Shown here: piece after piece, positions 45,180-54,233 of the stretch
How positions within the stretch are numbered: the first letter of the stretch is position 1
Layout of the letters: each line of letters begins with the position of its first letter
Virus record (IMG/VR): IMGVR_UViG_3300048592_001371
Coordinates: 32,001 to 96,000 of that record
Source: a virus
Direction: 5' to 3' (one strand)
Length of the DNA: 64,000 nt
Translations under genes and position numbers: made by a program
The notes under the pieces: generated by a model
Told to the model about the DNA's origin: nothing
Databases searched by the model: none
Seen by the model: only the letters and a program-made list of their open reading frames with translations

Positions 45180-46681
45180 AAAAAGAGAAGAAGGCCAAGA
45201 AGGGAAAATACAGCATCATCCCAGCCGCGTACAGCTACCTCAAGTTCGGAGGCATTGGGCTGTACGTTCGGTACGCCAGAAGCAAGGTCAAAGAAGTCCA
45301 TGTGAAGGAGAAGAAGTCAGACTACATCTGGCTGGAAACTCCAGACAGGGAATTGTTGATCGTCAGCAACCTGAACAAGGAACTTCCCTTCTATCCGACC
45401 GAAGGTACGTTCGACGAATTCGTACCGGTCAGCCTGTTTCACCCGACGGCGAACGATTTCGATTTTGACTTCTGCATGGTTAATTTCACAGAACATGCAA
45501 TCGAGAAAGGCCCTCGTCAAAATCCCGGATTGAGGCTGGACAGGGAAACTTCCCACATTCAGATCATGTCGGATAGCGGTGGTTTCCAGTTACGGACAGG
45601 CGCCGCCGACTATATCAACCCCATCGAGCTTGCCGAGTGGTGTAACGACAACGTCAACATGACGATGGCGCTCGATATCCCCGTCTTGTACAACGACCGT
45701 GACTTGCTGAAACGCTCAGCACGCATTCAGAAGCGCAACAACGAAGTTATGCTCGAGCACGCACACCCGGAAATGGAACTTATCAACATTGTTCACGGCG
45801 CAAGCTGGGCAGAACGGAAAGAGTTCCTAACCTGGGTGGACAACGAGAAGATCGATCGACTCGCTATGGGTAGTGGTCTGGATCTGGGCGTGCTAGCAAA
45901 TACGATCGGCCTAATGGATCTGATTCTTACGTCACGGCCATTCAAGCATTACCACATTTTGGGTGTGTCGAATGCGCTGAGAATCATCCCGTTGATGCGG
46001 GCCGCCCATCATGGAATGGCGCCGCTGATTACGTCTGATTCCACGACGTACATCATGCGGGCTACCGCTCGGATGTTCCTCAATTTTGAGACACTGATTT
46101 CCAAGCATACGACCACACCGATTGGTACGCAGCTGGCTTCTCGCAATGTGAACAACCGAACGGACGTGCATTCATTGCTCCCGTGCTCCTGCGCCATTTG
46201 CAGTAGAATCCGCTATATGGACGTGTTCTCCTTGTTTGGAGGTCCCGTACATGCCTTGCTGTCGACGCATAACATGATCAAGTTCAACAGCTACCTCCAG
46301 GCCATGCAAGATTACATGCATTTGCCGTTCAAGGAGCTGAAGGAGATCTTGGTAGCTCAGCACAAAGGACATTTGGATCTTGACGAGAGCCTGCGTTCCG
46401 TGCAGTTCATCGACGAGATCGTAGATACGAACATTGCGAAGGCGGTGACAAAATTCAGCCGGTACAAGGCCCGTTCCCGCTACGATCAGTTCGGGAGCAA
46501 CAAGCACTTTGCCAAGAACAATTCTCTTTGGGGAGGGGAATATACAGGAACAGAACCGGCAGAGCTTGCTGGACAATCGAAAGTGAAACAGCTGGATCGT
46601 TTGAAACAGGTGTTATCCATGTATGAAAATCCGAAGTCGCTGAAACGTCCAACAACAATCAAGAAAGGAAGGGGAGGTTGA
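45176..46681 (+). CDS. TGT/DpdA-like 7-deazaguanine transglycosylase
   Basis: MSDSGGFQ, MALDIP, IVHG, HILGVS, TSDSTT and Zn site LPCSCAIC...HN. Confidence 0.8.
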   Translation: MKKEKKAKKGKYSIIPAAYSYLKFGGIGLYVRYARSKVKEVHVKEKKSDYIWLETPDRELLIVSNLNKELPFYPTEGTFDEFVPVSLFHPTANDFDFDFCMVNFTEHAIEKGPRQNPGLRLDRETSHIQIMSDSGGFQLRTGAADYINPIELAEWCNDNVNMTMALDIPVLYNDRDLLKRSARIQKRNNEVMLEHAHPEMELINIVHGASWAERKEFLTWVDNEKIDRLAMGSGLDLGVLANTIGLMDLILTSRPFKHYHILGVSNALRIIPLMRAAHHGMAPLITSDSTTYIMRATARMFLNFETLISKHTTTPIGTQLASRNVNNRTDVHSLLPCSCAICSRIRYMDVFSLFGGPVHALLSTHNMIKFNSYLQAMQDYMHLPFKELKEILVAQHKGHLDLDESLRSVQFIDEIVDTNIAKAVTKFSRYKARSRYDQFGSNKHFAKNNSLWGGEYTGTEPAELAGQSKVKQLDRLKQVLSMYENPKSLKRPTTIKKGRGG

Positions 46682-46683
46682 CA

Positions 46684-47199
46684 ATGACCATTATTCGCCG
46701 AGAGCTTTCGACACGTAGTCCTGAGACAAATCACAGTCTCAGTGCCGTGCTGGAGCTAGACGTTCCTCAAGGAACGCGACTCCCGTGGAGTTCTTGGTTG
46801 TACTCCGTGGAACGAGCCTTGTCCTACATGCTCGAATTTGCGTTGAAGAGCCGTCAGCTTGATTTGACGAACGACCTGTCCCGCCTCGCGTATCTGGTCA
46901 AGGATCAAATGCTTCCGCGCGAGCCAATGTCGTGTCTTTCGATGAACGTGACCAACTTTACGTTCGTCGCCCGTTACCAGATTGGTAAGGAAAATATCTC
47001 ATTCGCCGTCACCCTTTTCTGGAACTACAAGGGGAATTTGAAGGCGACTCCATTAGGAGATGTAAAAGATGCCTCTCAAGATTGCTCAGATACTCAAGGC
47101 CTCCACACCACAGCAGATGGACGGATCCGACTATGTGCAGATACGATCGGTAAAAAGCGGCGTGTTCAAAAAGACAAACACGCGGATTGTAAAATGTAA
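46684..47199 (+). CDS. Hypothetical protein
   Basis: GGAGG RBS; its 3' end overlaps the next gene by about 130 nt. Confidence 0.5.
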   Translation: MTIIRRELSTRSPETNHSLSAVLELDVPQGTRLPWSSWLYSVERALSYMLEFALKSRQLDLTNDLSRLAYLVKDQMLPREPMSCLSMNVTNFTFVARYQIGKENISFAVTLFWNYKGNLKATPLGDVKDASQDCSDTQGLHTTADGRIRLCADTIGKKRRVQKDKHADCKM

Positions 47200-47515
47200 G
47201 ACGCTGTCAATAGCGACACCGGACGGAACTCCGAAGAAGAAACGCAAGGTCTACACTTCCGTGGTCTACGGCGTTACGCCCCCTGACAAGAAAACGGGGA
47301 AGTACTTCAAATTGTCTGACAGCCAGGTCAAGGTTTCGTGCAATTGCGACGCCTTCGTTTTTCAGGGTGGTGAGTGGGCGCTCTGGAAGCACGGAGCCGC
47401 GGACATTGTCTACGGCAATGGACGTCCACCAGACGTTCGCAATCCTCGTTACCGGCCTTGGGCATGCAAACACTTAATCAAAGTCATGAAAGAGATTCTT
47501 CGGAGGCGTGTCTGA
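47069..47515 (+). CDS. SWIM zinc-finger protein
   Basis: VSCNCDAF...ACKHL; AGGAG RBS. Confidence 0.75.
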   Translation: MPLKIAQILKASTPQQMDGSDYVQIRSVKSGVFKKTNTRIVKCKTLSIATPDGTPKKKRKVYTSVVYGVTPPDKKTGKYFKLSDSQVKVSCNCDAFVFQGGEWALWKHGAADIVYGNGRPPDVRNPRYRPWACKHLIKVMKEILRRRV

Positions 47516-48033
47516 TGCTGCCTTATGACAAGATCGCGTCTGAGACGACTATCAAGCTTGCCATCCATCGCATCGCCGGCCGACTCAACCATCGCTTCTG
47601 TGACAGACGAGAAATACCGGTGCTGATGCCCGTCATGCTGGGCAGCTTCATGTTCTTCGCTCGTTTGCTCCCGTATCTCAAGTTTGCCTATGACGTGGAT
47701 TATGTCCACGCCACCCGATATGCGGACAACAAACCCGGCGAGCTGACATGGATCAAGGAACCTAACTGTCCCTATCCCGGTCGTGACATCGTTGTTCTGG
47801 ATGACATATTGGACGAGGGGATAACCCTGTCCGCTATCAAGACAACGCTGTTGGACAAGTACGAGGTTGCCTCGGTAATGTGCGTCGTCCTTTTCGACAA
47901 GATGATCCAATACCCTAAGACAATCAAGCCCGACCTGTTCGGTCTAACTGTTCCAAATCGCTACGTCTTCGGATTCGGCCTCGATCACCAAGGCCATGAA
48001 AGACACCACACCAGCCTGTATGCCTTGAGATAG
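47515..48033 (+). CDS. Hypoxanthine/guanine phosphoribosyltransferase-like protein
   Basis: VVLDDILDEGITL PRPP motif and YVFGFGLD. Confidence 0.88.
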   Translation: MLPYDKIASETTIKLAIHRIAGRLNHRFCDRREIPVLMPVMLGSFMFFARLLPYLKFAYDVDYVHATRYADNKPGELTWIKEPNCPYPGRDIVVLDDILDEGITLSAIKTTLLDKYEVASVMCVVLFDKMIQYPKTIKPDLFGLTVPNRYVFGFGLDHQGHERHHTSLYALR

Positions 48034-48041
48034 GAGAACAA

Positions 48042-48830
48042 ATGCAGCACACTGTTCAGTTTGTTGATAACAACATTGCCACGCGTGACTACTCACATAT
48101 CAAAAAGAACCACCTCCTCGTCACGAGCGTGTTCTACACCGTACAAGGCGAAGGACCGCATGGGGGCATCCCGGCCGTCTTCATTCGACTTGCCGGCTGC
48201 AACCGGGGAATCAAGCGGGACTGCTGGTTCTGCGATACCAATTTTTTGTTCGCCGAGGGTACTCAACGCTCCTACACGGATCTGTTGGAAGAGATCGGCA
48301 AGCGGCAGGTTCGGCCCAGCCTGGACAAACCCCTCATAGTCATCACAGGGGGCGAACCGCTTCTGCAAGAAACCAATCTGGCTCCCTTCGTACATGAGCT
48401 TTGCGTCAATGGGTACCAAGTTCAAGTTGAAACGAACGGTGACCGGCTGCGCTTGAATTCGTTGCCGCGTGCCCTGATCGTAATGAGTCCGAAAGCCTCG
48501 ATGCGGGCTAAGCGCTATACCAAACCGCACAAAGAGGCCCTAGAGAGGGCGGATTACCTCAAGTTCCTGCTCGAAGCCAAAGAGGGCCCCTATCATGATG
48601 TAGCCGACTATGCGACTGACTTTGCTGACAGGAAAGGTTCCTATCGCGTCTTCCTCAGCCCGATTTCCGAATACGCTCGGGACATAGTACCGGGCGAAAC
48701 CGCCAGCATGTGGACAGGTCTATACGACCGCGACATAGCGCGCATCAATCATAGCTATGCGGCTCGTTACGCTATGAAGTATGGCTACAGACTCAGCATG
48801 CAACAGCATCTGTATTGCACGGTAGAATGA
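48042..48830 (+). CDS. queE: 7-carboxy-7-deazaguanine synthase (radical SAM)
   Basis: FYTVQGEG..G.PAVFIRLAGCN......CWFCDT, ITGGEPLLQ, VETNG, SPK and RLSMQQH. Confidence 0.9.
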   Translation: MQHTVQFVDNNIATRDYSHIKKNHLLVTSVFYTVQGEGPHGGIPAVFIRLAGCNRGIKRDCWFCDTNFLFAEGTQRSYTDLLEEIGKRQVRPSLDKPLIVITGGEPLLQETNLAPFVHELCVNGYQVQVETNGDRLRLNSLPRALIVMSPKASMRAKRYTKPHKEALERADYLKFLLEAKEGPYHDVADYATDFADRKGSYRVFLSPISEYARDIVPGETASMWTGLYDRDIARINHSYAARYAMKYGYRLSMQQHLYCTVE

Positions 48831-48833
48831 TAA

Positions 48834-49883
48834 ATGAAGGGTAGCCACGTCCTCAACGTATTGAAATCAGTCACAGAAAGAATAGATGTCAATCACACCA
48901 GTGGACAGCTATTCGAGGTCCTGGACACCCTTCTCTACCGGGCGATCGACCCGATTATCGAGAACTCGAATTACGTCGATCGCATGCTGAGTATCGTACT
49001 GGCCTGGTACACTCAGAATCAGCGTCGCAAGATATCACCCCTCCCCAAAGAACGCTTCAACACCTACGTCATCGCCTTCCTGACGACCAAAGACGTAACG
49101 CTGCGGAAGAAAATCTACCGTCGCCTTGGTCTAGAGCGGAACATTACCTTCTTCATCGTCAGCCGTTGGTTGCAACTCCTGCGTCCGTGGCAAGATCTTC
49201 ATATCCGACATACGCGAGGCGAGCCTGTTTTGCAGGAAATGGCCTCGATAGAGAGAAGCGTTCTGGTCTTCAACAACCATAATCTTTTCGCTATCATCCA
49301 AGAAGCAAAATGTTGGTACGAGAAATCGAGCGATTTCAAGCAGCGTCTCTTGGAGAAGTACATGCGCTTCATCATGCTCGAAGCGCTTCATCATTACAAA
49401 GCCCAACAGCTTCACAATCCCCACCTTCGCTTAGAGCTAGACGAGGTAGCACAGAACTTTGTCCTGGCTACCTACAAGGCCATCGACAAGTTCGACGCCA
49501 ACCGAGGTACTCTCACCACGTACATCCAGAACTGGCTGAAGAACGCGAAGGTGTCAAACCACTTCCGGCATGAGTACGGAACGGCGTACAACATCCCACA
49601 CAGCCGAAAAATGAAGATCGCTTCCAAAAGCGATACCACCACGAACAATCTGTACGTTGAACTAGACAAAGAGGAGGTACTCGAAGTCGCCGACGAGCTT
49701 TCGGTAGAAGCCGACGTCGTGCGTCGCAATGAGATAGACTTCATCCGCATGCTGGCCAAAGAAGCAGACCCCGAAGGAATAGGTCGAATGTTTTTGGGGA
49801 TAGGCGAATACTTCCCTACTCCCAACTTTGTAAATAAACACGAAGCACACAGCACCACAGCAACAACCGCATCCACCTCTTGA
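48834..49883 (+). CDS. Phage sigma-70-like transcription factor
   Basis: Region-2-like LDEVAQN....KAIDKFD...GTLTTYI..W. Confidence 0.7.
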   Translation: MKGSHVLNVLKSVTERIDVNHTSGQLFEVLDTLLYRAIDPIIENSNYVDRMLSIVLAWYTQNQRRKISPLPKERFNTYVIAFLTTKDVTLRKKIYRRLGLERNITFFIVSRWLQLLRPWQDLHIRHTRGEPVLQEMASIERSVLVFNNHNLFAIIQEAKCWYEKSSDFKQRLLEKYMRFIMLEALHHYKAQQLHNPHLRLELDEVAQNFVLATYKAIDKFDANRGTLTTYIQNWLKNAKVSNHFRHEYGTAYNIPHSRKMKIASKSDTTTNNLYVELDKEEVLEVADELSVEADVVRRNEIDFIRMLAKEADPEGIGRMFLGIGEYFPTPNFVNKHEAHSTTATTASTS

Positions 49884-49896
49884 TAGGAGATAATAA

Positions 49897-51246
49897 ATGC
49901 CTAAGATGGAACGCAAGACCGGCTTTGCCGGGGTAAAACCGCCACGGCGTGGCGGTAACAATGGGCCCAAGATGGAAGAGCTTTTTGACGTTCTCCAATG
50001 GCCCAAGAAGCCAGAGTACGTCGCATTCCGGTTCGTGCGCGAGGACCTTTTGGTTTCGGAAGGAGTCCACAAGGTCAAGATTCGCAAGAAAGACGGACAG
50101 GTGATCGAGATCACCAAGAAGTGCCTGGCCTACGATCCGGACACTCAAGAACGGGACAGCACCAAGAAATGTCCGTATTGCAAACTGGAGAACGCTCGTT
50201 TCTCCATGCGCTACTTTGCCAACGCAATCGTTCGTGACGTGCAAGAGAACGCACCCCGGAAGCAGAAGCCACTGACCAAGGAAGAGAAGAAAACAGGCTT
50301 CAAGGATATCAATTCCGAATCCTGGACGCCTGTCCGGGTTGTTCGCATTCCCGCAACGGTGGCTGACAAGTTGCGCGAAATCGGCGAAAGGAACATTGTT
50401 AAGAAGGGCGACAAGAAGAAGTCGTTCTCCGTCACGCATCCGCAATACGGCATCGACATCTCCATTCGTTTCGATCCGAAGAAACCCGGCACTGAGATGT
50501 ACTCCGTGGACAAAGGAGAGCGCTCTCCTCTGACCGAGGAAGAGGAAGCTTACTTGCTGTGGGATCTGACCAAGCTCCCACCCGTCGAAAGTCTTGAAGA
50601 TGCCAAGGCGGAAGCTAAGAGCCTAGGCGAGCGCAACCCGGATGCCAAGAAGGGTAAGGGTCGCGATGAAGACGACGAGGACGAGGACGAAGATGATGAC
50701 GAGGACGAAGACCTGAAGAAAAAGAAGGGTAAGGGCAAGTCCAAATCGAAACACGATTCCGACGATGATGACGACGACGAGGACGAGGACGAAGAAGACG
50801 AGGACGACGAGGACGAAGAAGACGAAAAGCCCTCGAAGAAGTCGAAGTCCAAGAAGTCAAAATCGAAGTCCGACGACGAAGACGACGACGAATTAGACGA
50901 CGAGGACGAGGAAGACGAAGAAGACGACGAGGACGAAAAGCCCTCGAAGAAATCCAAGTCCAAGAAGTCGAAGTCAAAGTCAAAGAAATCGTCCGACGAC
51001 GACGAGGAAGAAGACGATGATGACGAGGACGAAGACGACGAGGAGGAGGAAGACGAAAAGCCCTCGAAGAAGTCGAAATCGAAGTCCAAGTCCAAGTCAA
51101 AGAAATCGTCCGACGATGACGATGACGATGACGACGATGACGACGATATAGACCTCGATGACATGGACGAAGACGAGGAAGAAGACGAGGACGAAGAAGA
51201 CGAAAAGCCCTCGAAGAAGTCGAAGTCCAAGAAGTCAAAGAAGTAA
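49897..51246 (+). CDS. Probable single-stranded DNA-binding protein with an acidic/KS-repeat tail
   Basis: gp32-like N-domain (C...CPYC, YFANAI.R, HP.YG.DI), immediately upstream of recA; ~200-aa low-complexity tail. Confidence 0.65.
   Translation: MPKMERKTGFAGVKPPRRGGNNGPKMEELFDVLQWPKKPEYVAFRFVREDLLVSEGVHKVKIRKKDGQVIEITKKCLAYDPDTQERDSTKKCPYCKLENARFSMRYFANAIVRDVQENAPRKQKPLTKEEKKTGFKDINSESWTPVRVVRIPATVADKLREIGERNIVKKGDKKKSFSVTHPQYGIDISIRFDPKKPGTEMYSVDKGERSPLTEEEEAYLLWDLTKLPPVESLEDAKAEAKSLGERNPDAKKGKGRDEDDEDEDEDDDEDEDLKKKKGKGKSKSKHDSDDDDDDEDEDEEDEDDEDEEDEKPSKKSKSKKSKSKSDDEDDDELDDEDEEDEEDDEDEKPSKKSKSKKSKSKSKKSSDDDEEEDDDDEDEDDEEEEDEKPSKKSKSKSKSKSKKSSDDDDDDDDDDDDIDLDDMDEDEEEDEDEEDEKPSKKSKSKKSKK
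50821..51218 (+). repeat. Four copies of the 20-mer GACGAAAAGCCCTCGAAGAA (DEKPSKK)
   Basis: Copies start at 50821, 50932, 51052 and 51199. Confidence 0.85.
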
Positions 51247-51262
51247 CAGGTGTGGTGCGTTA

Positions 51263-51296
51263 GCGGGAGCCTCTTAGACGGGGTTCCCGCCTTTTT
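51263..51296 (+). terminator. Intrinsic terminator
   Basis: GCGGGAGCCTC / GGGGTTCCCGC stem followed by CTTTTT. Confidence 0.75.
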
Positions 51297-51310
51297 GCAG
51301 AGGTATTCAC

Positions 51311-52708
51311 ATGGTCGCTCGAAAGAAAACGACTCGCGTAGAAAAAAGAAGCAAAAAAGCGAGTGAGGCAAAACCTAAATTTGCGTTCGACTACGGCGCC
51401 ATCCTAGGCGACGTAGAGAAGAAATTTCGCATTACTTCCGGCTACGCCTCTAATGTGGATCGGATGCATAGTGGCTCTTTGATTCTTGATCTGCTAACGG
51501 CAGGAGGAATCTACCCGGGACGCTGGTACTCCTTCATCGGAAAAGAAGCTTCAGGTAAGTCCACGGCCCTCATGTCTATAGCGGGCGCTTCTATTACGGC
51601 GAATGTCCCTCTTCGTCTCTACTATGACTTCGAAGGCTCGGTCGAAACTGGGTATTTCTCGCAGATGCTTCCCATGAAGATATCCGTAGACGATCTCTTC
51701 GGTGTGAAGGACGCGAAGACAGGGAAGTACGTCAAGCGTGGTTTGATTGACCACTACACTCCGGATGTGGCTGAAACGTTCTTCGATTCCGTAGCTTCCT
51801 TGCTCCGTCGCATGCCGGACAAGGTATTCGTCAAGGAGCGGAACAAGTGGTATCTGGTGTTCGAGGACAACAAGCAGAACAAGACGTACAAAGAGCACTC
51901 TGACAGGTCTCTGTCTGGCGATGGCCATATCTACGTTGAAGCTGAGGACGGTTCGCCCCAGGCCGTGATATTCCTCGATTCGTATCCAGCAATGCTACCG
52001 GATCGTTTGGATGAAGACGATGCTGGTAGCGGTATGGCAGCCCAGGCCCGAATGTTCTCCGAACAACTCAAGAAGGTTCGGCCAAAGTTGCGTCGCAAAC
52101 ACGTCACCGTTATCGGCGTCAATCAACTTCGTATGCGTCCGGGACCCAGCTTTGGAAACCCTGAATACGAGCCGTGTGGCGAGGCAGTGAAATTCGTAAC
52201 CGACGGCCGTGTCATCATGCGCGCTGTATCCATTCCCAAGCACGCAGTCGGTACTGGCAAAGTAGCAGAGGAAGACTCCGTCCTTTCAAAAGGGAATGAC
52301 TCCTACCGCTACATCAAGTGCCAGATGGCTAAGAACAAAATGGGTCCGAATTTCCGCGAAGGCTACCTCCGTGTTTGGATGGACGATCCGAAAGGAAAAG
52401 GCCACGGCTTTGACCCAGTCTTTGACGTCTGGGAGTACCTGCATCTGACAGGTCAACTCAATGGCAACATGAAGAAATTCGAGATCACTATTGCCGAGAC
52501 CAAAAAGACGTACAAGATGTCTTGGTACGATCTCAAAGAGCTTGTGCTGTGCAAAGGCGATGCTCTGAGGAAAGTGCATAAGAAGCTCAAACTCAAGGAA
52601 CGGCTTGACCTGCGGAAGATAGCTCGGAGGCAGCTCAAAACTGGTGCCTCCGAACTGCTCTATTCGGAAGCCAAGAACAAGGGCAAAGAGAAACCAACGG
52701 AGGAATGA
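51311..52708 (+). CDS. recA: RecA/UvsX-like recombinase
   Basis: SGSLILD...GGI..GR, Walker A GKEASGKST, IFLDS, AAQARM.S, NQLR and KNK. Confidence 0.88.
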   Translation: MVARKKTTRVEKRSKKASEAKPKFAFDYGAILGDVEKKFRITSGYASNVDRMHSGSLILDLLTAGGIYPGRWYSFIGKEASGKSTALMSIAGASITANVPLRLYYDFEGSVETGYFSQMLPMKISVDDLFGVKDAKTGKYVKRGLIDHYTPDVAETFFDSVASLLRRMPDKVFVKERNKWYLVFEDNKQNKTYKEHSDRSLSGDGHIYVEAEDGSPQAVIFLDSYPAMLPDRLDEDDAGSGMAAQARMFSEQLKKVRPKLRRKHVTVIGVNQLRMRPGPSFGNPEYEPCGEAVKFVTDGRVIMRAVSIPKHAVGTGKVAEEDSVLSKGNDSYRYIKCQMAKNKMGPNFREGYLRVWMDDPKGKGHGFDPVFDVWEYLHLTGQLNGNMKKFEITIAETKKTYKMSWYDLKELVLCKGDALRKVHKKLKLKERLDLRKIARRQLKTGASELLYSEAKNKGKEKPTEE

Positions 52709-53259
52709 GAATGATTCATGCACGCGAAGACTACAATCGAATCCAGGATCCGAAAAACCACATTGGCGAAAACGAGCCTGTGTTTTTGTTGCGCGCGAAG
52801 GATATATCGGCCCCGGCCACGGTAGAGAAGTGGGCCGAACTGAATCGCCTTCACGGTGGTGATCCGGAGCTAACACGTTTAGCACAAAATCAGGCTCAAG
52901 CCATGCGTGTATGGCAGAGTGTCTACGGCTGCAAGGCCGCCGATTATCGAGGAGAACCTATGTGTGAAGCTTGTGGTGAAGAAGTCAAACCAGCGTACTC
53001 TTTTTCGGAAGCCCTTCATTGGATGAAGCAGGGCAAGAAGATGGCTCGTACCGGATGGAACGGTAAGAACATGTTCGTCTATCTCGTTCAAGGCAGTACA
53101 TTCAATGTCAATCGTGCGCCTCTGCTCGGTATCTTCCCGGAAGGCACCGAGGTGACATATCGTCCTCATTTGGACATGAAGTACGCGGACGGAACATTCG
53201 GCGTTTGGCTGGCGTCACAGTCCGACATCCTGGCAGACGATTGGGTGATGGTGGAGTAA
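52705..53259 (+). CDS. DUF2829-domain protein
   Basis: FSEAL..MK.GKK.AR.GWNGK.MF.YL...WLASQSDILADDW. Confidence 0.8.
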   Translation: MRMIHAREDYNRIQDPKNHIGENEPVFLLRAKDISAPATVEKWAELNRLHGGDPELTRLAQNQAQAMRVWQSVYGCKAADYRGEPMCEACGEEVKPAYSFSEALHWMKQGKKMARTGWNGKNMFVYLVQGSTFNVNRAPLLGIFPEGTEVTYRPHLDMKYADGTFGVWLASQSDILADDWVMVE

Positions 53260-53811
53260 ATGGAATACTCGGCAGATCGGTTGCCTTTCATGAAATTCGA
53301 TGTGAGACTACCGGTCTTGTCTGAGGAGGGAACACCTCTTTTCAAAGTTCTGCTACCCGAGTGTACCGAGTACGAGTCAAGCGTGATTTGTGCCGATCTG
53401 ACTACGTGCTCGGTTCGAGCCTTTGTTCGGAACGGCGAGCAATTGACTGACGTCCGTTTGAATACCTCCATTCTGGGAATAGTACCCTTGTTCTCGGATG
53501 GATCGCCGTATTCAGAAACTGTGTGGAGTGAACGGCCAGGGGGCTCGGAGCCCTCGATCACAATACGCCCGACTTGTTCCTCCATCACCAAAAACCTGAT
53601 ACCGCCAACGCGGCTTTTTCCGTTTCACAGAGCTCTGAAGCTGATGCTAAATGGAAACATTGCGCATCGAGAAAGCATCCAGCCTACGAAGCACTTGTTC
53701 CTATTCTGTAAAAAGATAGTGTATCGTAGCATGGATAATCCAGACCTCTGCTTCTATTACACACCCACGATAGAAGACATGCTGGCAACGGACTGGACGA
53801 TTTCCGATTGA
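53260..53811 (+). CDS. Protein with a degenerate DUF2829-like C-terminus
   Basis: FHRALKLM..G....R...YTPTIEDMLATDW. Confidence 0.6.
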   Translation: MEYSADRLPFMKFDVRLPVLSEEGTPLFKVLLPECTEYESSVICADLTTCSVRAFVRNGEQLTDVRLNTSILGIVPLFSDGSPYSETVWSERPGGSEPSITIRPTCSSITKNLIPPTRLFPFHRALKLMLNGNIAHRESIQPTKHLFLFCKKIVYRSMDNPDLCFYYTPTIEDMLATDWTISD

Positions 53812-53868
53812 ATCAATAAATAGCCCGAAGCGGGTAGCAGACCATTTTTCAACATTAGGAGTCCTACT

Positions 53869-54171
53869 ATGGCTAGAGCCAAAAAGAGCACCGCTGAGGC
53901 GGAAGATACCGAAAAGAAGGTGAAGAAGGTTCGCAAGGTCCGGAAAGCCAAGGCCGAGAAGCCCGCCAAGCCGGAGAAAAAGGTCCGTAAGGTCCGCAAG
54001 ACAAAAGCCGAGAAGCCCGTCAAAGAAAAGAAGACGCGCCGAGTCAAGGCGAAAGTGAAGGCGGACAAGCCGGTGAAGGAGAAGAAACCCCGGGTCAAAA
54101 AGACCAAAGCGGCGAAGCCTGTCAAGAAGACACGGAAGGTCCGCAGGTCGAAAAAGGCCGATTCCGAGTAA
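53869..54171 (+). CDS. Histone H1-like lysine-rich DNA-binding protein
   Basis: Repeats of KKV(R/K)KVRK.KAEKP.K; strong AGGAG RBS and its own terminator. Confidence 0.75.
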   Translation: MARAKKSTAEAEDTEKKVKKVRKVRKAKAEKPAKPEKKVRKVRKTKAEKPVKEKKTRRVKAKVKADKPVKEKKPRVKKTKAAKPVKKTRKVRRSKKADSE

Positions 54172-54179
54172 CAACTCCG

Positions 54180-54233
54180 ACAGGGTATCGCGGTCACTAG
54201 AAATCACCTAGCCGCGATACCCTGTTTGTTTTT
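54180..54233 (+). terminator. Intrinsic terminator
   Basis: ACAGGGTATCGCGG / CCGCGATACCCTGT 14-bp stem plus TTGTTTTT. Confidence 0.8.

Noticed and set aside
50821-51218. Regularly spaced 20-bp repeats as a CRISPR array
   Set aside because: They are in-frame coding repeats, and the intervening sequence is low-complexity rather than unique spacers.
50550-51371. Long Ser-rich and Arg-rich ORFs on the minus strand
   Set aside because: They are antisense shadows of the D/E/K low-complexity tail of the SSB-like gene.
53701-54207. Hydrophobic Phe/Leu-rich minus-strand ORFs
   Set aside because: They are antisense to the Lys-rich H1-like gene.
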